UHGV virus genome: UHGV-1603728
DNA length: 18,018 bases
Strand: one strand, 5' to 3'
Source of the DNA: a virus
The notes under the pieces are model-generated. The model was not told the origin of the DNA. It ran no database searches and saw nothing but the letters and a program-made list of their open reading frames with translations. The position numbers were made by a program, and so were the translations under genes. Below, piece after piece: positions 14,052 through 18,018 of the stretch. Position 1 is the stretch's first letter. The number at the start of each line of letters is the position of its first letter.

Positions 14052-14686
14052 TAATATTTCGGTGTAATCAGTAGCGACACGTGCCCTGATTTGTCACGAG
14101 AAACGTAATACTCGCCTCTCTTAGTCTTAAACTCAGCTTTCTGCGTATCAGATTTAACAATCTGCTCTAACTGCGCGATCACTGTGTCTCTATCACTTGA
14201 TGCATCCAAGACTTCAACAGCTACGGCCATAGAAAGCAAGGAATCAGAGCTAGGCTTAGATACTCGCCATAATAACTCTGAAATCTTCCCATCCTTATCA
14301 ACTCTAGCTCGACCGTTAACAGATGAATTGATGGCAAATTCAACGGTGTTGTTACCTTGTTTAACTGACTTAATTCTTATAGTGGAGGTGGATTTTCCTG
14401 ATGTAGCGATACCTTCAAGGTCATCATTATATAGCTGCTTAAACTGATCTACGGTCACGCCATCGAAAGCAGCTCCGGTAGTAGCCGTAGTGCCGGAGTC
14501 TTCTGGAATCAAGGCCACAGCAGCAAGAGTATTAACAACAACAAAAGTAGCAATCCCAAGAAACCCACTCACTAAAACAGCTTTGAACTTACTACCAGAA
14601 GATGGGCCACATTGTTTCCGATATGCACCACGAACTACGAAGAAACACAAAATCAGGCTAATAATAAACGCCACCAGCATCCCCAT
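14051..14686 (-). CDS. Membrane-anchored protein with an extracytoplasmic domain (211 aa)
   Basis: Two N-terminal hydrophobic segments (LVAFIISLILCFFVV, LVSGFLGIATFVVVNTLAAVALI) then a Ser/Thr-rich soluble domain. SD AGGAG 8 nt upstream. Confidence 0.55.
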   Translation of the reverse strand: MGMLVAFIISLILCFFVVRGAYRKQCGPSSGSKFKAVLVSGFLGIATFVVVNTLAAVALIPEDSGTTATTGAAFDGVTVDQFKQLYNDDLEGIATSGKSTSTIRIKSVKQGNNTVEFAINSSVNGRARVDKDGKISELLWRVSKPSSDSLLSMAVAVEVLDASSDRDTVIAQLEQIVKSDTQKAEFKTKRGEYYVSRDKSGHVSLLITPKY

Positions 14687-14748
14687 AGAAATCTCCTTTT
14701 AGATATAAGGGTAAAGCAATATCGTATTGGATCTTCCTTTAGACACAA

Positions 14749-14762
14749 CCCCCCCTCCCCCC
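14749..14762. repeat. Homopolymeric tract C7-T-C6 (G-tract on the minus strand) upstream of the membrane-protein gene
   Basis: ccccccctcccccc at 14749-14762, about 63 bp upstream of the gene start at 14686. Confidence 0.8.
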
Positions 14763-15250
14763 ATACAGGGTGCCCTTTACCGGAGTTCCGGCCCCTTCTC
14801 AAAAGCATCAAAAAAAGCTCGAGATCGAGTACCGGAACTCATGCCACCAGATAGCTCCACATCGTTTCCAATGCTTCGCCGCCGTGTGCGCCCTGTGGCC
14901 CACAATCATGCCATTGGTCGTCTGATATACCTTCTTCTGCTCATTGAGCACAGGCGAGTTGTCGCACTCCTGCCTTTCTCAGACTCGACTTAGTTTAGAT
15001 CGCTGTTCCTGGCTTGCGTCAGCACACTTTCCCCTTGTACGCATACCCGCGCGCCACTTCGCCCAAAAACACCGAACCCAACGAAGTGGCAAAGACAACG
15101 ACGCGAGCGTGAGTCTGAAACAGGCACCAGTAAAAAAGGGGTTGCAGGCGCAAAAAGATTTGATTATCTTTAGACGCAAGAAAGCCGCCCCAATCAAGAG
15201 GTGTCTTTTTAAATCCAGCCTACCAAGCAAGATTTAAATTTCGGATTGAA

Positions 15251-15280
15251 AACCGCCCGGCAAGGCGGTTTTTGTCTTTC
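15251..15280 (+). terminator. Rho-independent terminator (plus-strand orientation; may also serve the minus-strand HTH gene)
   Basis: 7-bp stem AACCGCC / GGCGGUU with loop CGGCAA, then TTTTTGTCTTTC. Confidence 0.55.
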
Positions 15281-15321
15281 TGGCGCTTACATTACACCAC
15301 CATAAAACGATCCGTAAAGGA

Positions 15322-15594
15322 TCATTTGATCCCTTGTTCCAATTCTGACGACACTTTAACCTTTTCCCATACAAGGGTTTGCAGCCTTAACAGAATCGCA
15401 TCTTTATCAAGGTGTGAAAGATCCTTAACCATATCGTCAAACGACAGAACGCGAATGGCCATCTCAATGACCCTCGGCGGCTCCCCCTTCTCATATCGCT
15501 TATATGTAGCCAACGATATCCCAAATTCTTCGGCGGCTCGCTCCTGCGTCCAGTTCATCCCTCGACGCCATAATTTCAATTCATAACCCGTCAT
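15322..15594 (-). CDS. XRE-family HTH protein (90 aa)
   Basis: Start trimmed to MTGYELKLWRRGMNWTQERAAEEFGISLATYKRYEKG (ATG 15594) with SD GAGGAGG upstream. Confidence 0.6.
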   Translation of the reverse strand: MTGYELKLWRRGMNWTQERAAEEFGISLATYKRYEKGEPPRVIEMAIRVLSFDDMVKDLSHLDKDAILLRLQTLVWEKVKVSSELEQGIK

Positions 15595-15622
15595 AGCATC
15601 CTCCTCGCACAATATTAACACT

Positions 15623-15649
15623 CGCAAAGTGTCAAAATGACACTTTGCG
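15623..15649. promoter_or_regulatory. 27-bp perfect palindrome CGCAAAGTGTCA-AAA-TGACACTTTGCG (operator-like)
   Basis: 12-bp perfect inverted arms; contains TTGACA on the minus strand. Lies between the 126-aa gene and the HTH gene. Confidence 0.55.
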
Positions 15650-15659
15650 CACATCGTGT

Positions 15660-16040
15660 TTACTTAACGAGGAATAAAAATGGTTTATTGTTCGGCGGTG
15701 TAATCGGGGCTGGCTCGCTTTTGCTCATGCGATCAGTGTACCAGGCCAGCTCCTTGTCAAAGTAAGCCTGATTAAAATAGGCAATGAATGTAGTTTCAAA
15801 TCCATAACGACCGCTAATACGCAGCATCTGGTTGCCGTTCTCTGTTTCCAGATATACCTGGGCACGTTCCTGATTCTCCTTCAGCCAGGTTAAAGCCTCA
15901 TCGCACGAGGACACACGATACTCATCATCGTAGCCGTCATCGATGCGGCTTGAAGAAGAACGGCAAATCACGCCAACAGAACCAGCCAGGATAGTTTGAA
16001 TTTTAAGGAAAGCGTTTTTGCGGATTTTAATCATGCTCAT
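15660..16040 (-). CDS. Hypothetical protein (126 aa)
   Basis: ORF directly downstream of copy B of the promoter/leader repeat, with SD GGAG upstream. Confidence 0.5.
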   Translation of the reverse strand: MSMIKIRKNAFLKIQTILAGSVGVICRSSSSRIDDGYDDEYRVSSCDEALTWLKENQERAQVYLETENGNQMLRISGRYGFETTFIAYFNQAYFDKELAWYTDRMSKSEPAPITPPNNKPFLFLVK

Positions 16041-16047
16041 CGGGTTA

Positions 16048-16148
16048 TCTCCGGTTTAACCAGGGCGGGTATCGCTCGGTTTCGGGTATAACCATAGGAA
16101 ATTTTTTCCCACCTGTAAAGCACTTTTATATAAATCTATAATTATATA
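16048..16148 (-). repeat. Copy B of the 101/102-bp promoter-leader repeat, ending in a half iteron (S6)
   Basis: About 97% identical to 5945-6046. It carries only the left half of the S2 palindrome. Confidence 0.75.
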
Positions 16149-16161
16149 ATTCAATGAGAAC

Positions 16162-16187
16162 AAAAAAGCCCCTTTGCAACAGGGGCT
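16162..16187 (-). terminator. Rho-independent terminator after the HigA-like gene
   Basis: 7-bp stem AGCCCCU / AGGGGCU with loop of 7 nt, followed on the minus strand by a run of 5-6 T. Confidence 0.6.
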
Positions 16188-16202
16188 TATCATTCGTTTT
16201 GA

Positions 16203-16502
16203 TCAGATGTTAAACGCTATTCGTTTTCCTGTGGGAAGCTCAACATCCAGGCTTAATTTGCCTCCCATAGCTTCAACGTAACGCTTTAATGTCGCCAGCT
16301 TTAAATCATTTCCGCGCTGCTCCAGCTTTGTTACTGCTGGCTGGCTTATACCCATCGCCTCAGCAACCTGTTTTTGTGATAACTGGAGTTCTTCACGCAT
16401 CATCTGCAAGCCGACCTCAAGAATCATCTCATCTGCCATTTCTTTAATTCGCGCCTGACTTTCAGGTGAACGGCTGGCAATCACCTCATCTAATGTTCTC
16501 AT
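16203..16502 (-). CDS. HigA-like HTH antitoxin (addiction-module antidote type)
   Basis: 99 aa with an XRE HTH (LSQKQVAEAMGISQPAVTKLEQ), directly downstream of and overlapping (TAATG) the RelE/HigB-like toxin gene. Confidence 0.75.
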   Translation of the reverse strand: MRTLDEVIASRSPESQARIKEMADEMILEVGLQMMREELQLSQKQVAEAMGISQPAVTKLEQRGNDLKLATLKRYVEAMGGKLSLDVELPTGKRIAFNI

Positions 16503-16849
16503 TACTTGCTCTCCAGTGTGTTCAGATGTGCTGCAAACTCATCCTCAGCTATACGCACCAGTTTTTCATAAAACCGTTTATCGTTACTTTTGTCTCCTGC
16601 ACAAAGAACGATGGCCCGGCGAATCGGATCGAACACATAAAAGGCTCTTATCGGACGGCCAGAAAACTGAACGCGAAGCTCTTTCATATTTTTGTACCGA
16701 GAACCTTTTACGGTATCGGCATATGGCCTGGGTAACTCAGGTCCGTAAACCTGTAGCTTTTTCAAATCAGCCAAAACCTTTTCCTGAAGAGCGTCTTCTT
16801 GCTCATTTAGCCAGTCATCAAATCGCTGGCTAAAAAGTACCGTCCACAT
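16502..16849 (-). CDS. RelE/ParE-superfamily HigB-like toxin (addiction-module killer type)
   Basis: About 115 aa, in the toxin-upstream HigBA arrangement. Start trimmed to ATG 16849 (MWTVLFSQRFDDW) with SD AGGA upstream. Confidence 0.7.
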   Translation of the reverse strand: MWTVLFSQRFDDWLNEQEDALQEKVLADLKKLQVYGPELPRPYADTVKGSRYKNMKELRVQFSGRPIRAFYVFDPIRRAIVLCAGDKSNDKRFYEKLVRIAEDEFAAHLNTLESK

Positions 16850-16857
16850 GCTCAATC

Positions 16858-16904
16858 CTATAACCTGTAGTTTATATCACTAACTATATAACCTGTGGGT
16901 TATA
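16858..16904. promoter_or_regulatory. HigBA operator-like boxes (TATAACCTGT twice; palindrome TATAACC-tgtg-GGTTATA)
   Basis: Direct repeat at 16858-16867 and 16887-16896; palindrome at 16887-16904 overlapping the toxin start region. Confidence 0.45.
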
Positions 16905-17093
16905 ATTTCAAGAAAAACGGGGCTATTTAACATAATGGACGTTATCGGCACCACCGGATCACCGTTCATTGTCGGATCTAAAAAATCCGCTCAAAAGATC
17001 ATGTTTTCCTGGGCGTTTTCCACCGTTTTTTATGTTGCTTATTTGTTAATGAAATCTCGTTTTCAGTTTCGCCTCATTTTCGACGCGAAAGCC

Positions 17094-17357
17094 CTATTTT
17101 TGTGACTTTACTCCTGGCATATGGACTTCCCAGCGACGAATCCCCATAGCTGCGCAAAAATCAGCCACATAATTCAATCCCGCCCATTCGCGGATACCAC
17201 CACGGGCTTTTTCAATGAAAACGGCAATCCCTTTTTTATTGAGAGCAAAAAGCCGCCAGCTTTTTGTCACTTCGTCCTGGGTAGCCACAACACAAGTGAA
17301 AGCTCCCATGCGATACAGGTCCAAGAACTCTTTGCGTGTTTTGCGTACAAGTTCCAT
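17094..17357 (-). CDS. Hypothetical protein (87 aa)
   Basis: ORF with ATG 17357 (MELVRKTRKEF) and SD GAGG upstream, just downstream of the HTH-TM gene. Confidence 0.4.
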   Translation of the reverse strand: MELVRKTRKEFLDLYRMGAFTCVVATQDEVTKSWRLFALNKKGIAVFIEKARGGIREWAGLNYVADFCAAMGIRRWEVHMPGVKSQK

Positions 17358-17380
17358 AACAAACCTCATATTTGCATGTT

Positions 17381-17668
17381 TCAAACATCTGTTTTGTTAT
17401 CAATGAAGATTAACCCTAACCCAGCGAAGTAACACAGCAGCGCCCAGGCTGCATACGGAATGCTGGATCTGGATGTGGACTCCTTTAACATCTGCCAGTT
17501 GCGAACATTGCGACTATCTTTTAAGCCTAGTTTTTTGGCCAACTGCGAGCCACTCATTCCGGTCAGGCCAATGACTGCCCGAACTTCTCCACATGTAGGA
17601 GATTCCCATTCATCCGCTTTTTTTAAACAAGCCGGATTCAACATTTTTAAAACAGTATCTTTATCCAT
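17381..17668 (-). CDS. HTH protein with a C-terminal transmembrane segment
   Basis: HTH-like segment TGMSGSQLAKKLGLKDSRNVRNWQ and hydrophobic C-terminus IPYAAWALLCYFAGLGLIFI. SD GGAG upstream of ATG 17668. Confidence 0.4.
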   Translation of the reverse strand: MDKDTVLKMLNPACLKKADEWESPTCGEVRAVIGLTGMSGSQLAKKLGLKDSRNVRNWQMLKESTSRSSIPYAAWALLCYFAGLGLIFIDNKTDV

Positions 17669-17698
17669 AACCATCTCCATTTATTATATCTACGATGG

Positions 17699-17787
17699 TA
17701 GGAAATCTTTTCCTATGTGGCAATAGAAATTTACTACATTGCGTATAAGACAAGTTTTCTATGTCTAATAGGAAATGATGTTTCTTA
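17699..17787. promoter_or_regulatory. Operator-like palindromes TAGGAAA-N3-TTTCCTA (17699-17715) and TAGGAAA-N5-TTTCTTA (17769-17787)
   Basis: Also an 18-19-nt direct repeat cTATGTgGcAATAGaAAT at 17713-17730 and 17758-17775, directly upstream of the HTH-TM gene. Confidence 0.4.
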
Positions 17788-18018
17788 CGTTTTATCGCGT
17801 TCTGATGGCTACTGTGTGCGTATTTATCGAAGTTTATCGATAAGGCTCGCCCCTTCCTCCTGCAAAGCCTGGCCGTAGGCCTTATTTCGGCCTTATATAA
17901 ATTGATTTTGTATAGTTCGAAACGTGCCGTTTCGAAAAGGATGATCAGGCTACTCCATGCCTCCGGCAAGTGCCGGAGGAGGTATATTTGAGCGTAGCGA
18001 CTCGAACCGGCGCGAGCT

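Noticed and set aside
14727-15237. ORFs of 80-97 aa on both strands in the 14700-15300 region
   Set aside because: No RBS, odd composition, overlapping each other and crossing homopolymer tracts and hairpins; region treated as non-coding.
17661-17969. 102-aa minus-strand ORF
   Set aside because: Covers operator-like repeats and palindromes upstream of the HTH-TM gene; no RBS; basic low-complexity translation.
17990-18018. Possible tRNA 3' end (GGTTCGAGTC T-loop-like string on the minus strand)
   Set aside because: Flanking bases do not form a T-stem or acceptor stem and no CCA-proximal structure fits; the window ends before it could be evaluated.
1-18018. CRISPR array or large mobile-element terminal inverted repeats
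   Set aside because: No regularly spaced direct repeats with unique spacers and no long terminal inverted repeats; the repeated elements present are operator/iteron-type sites and one duplicated promoter cassette.

Overview
The window reads as a mosaic temperate-phage region, possibly phage-plasmid-like, from an enterobacterial genome; all calls are from motif recognition and manual inspection of the sequence, with no database search run. Minus strand, 8458 down to 1: a divergent early operon (Cro-like HTH protein, four small nin-region-like genes, a Q-type antiterminator) joined by ATGA/TGATG start-stop overlaps, then about 4.8 kb of accessory genes (355-aa protein, winged-helix protein, ASCH-like protein, two Ead/Ea22-like paralogs), a strong intrinsic terminator, and a lysis cassette (two membrane proteins, GH108 endolysin, start of a spanin). 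Plus strand, 8633-11064: a CI-like repressor with ACCAC-N5-GTGGT operators, a 124-aa protein, and a ParA/ParG-like partition pair flanked by AT-rich iterons; the same iterons recur upstream of three distant minus-strand genes. 11075-14686: a candidate type I toxin/antisense-sRNA pair, an HTH regulator, a P1 immI-like structured-RNA/icd/antirepressor module, and a membrane protein. 14687-18018: a 630-bp non-coding stretch with poly-C tracts, a second copy of a 101-bp promoter/leader repeat driving a two-gene module, a HigB/HigA-like toxin-antitoxin pair, and an HTH protein with a C-terminal membrane anchor. No rRNA or CRISPR array was seen; no integrase, replication or structural genes lie inside the window. 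The most interesting candidates are the immI-like RNA module, the type I toxin/sRNA pair, and the iteron regulon tied to the partition protein.
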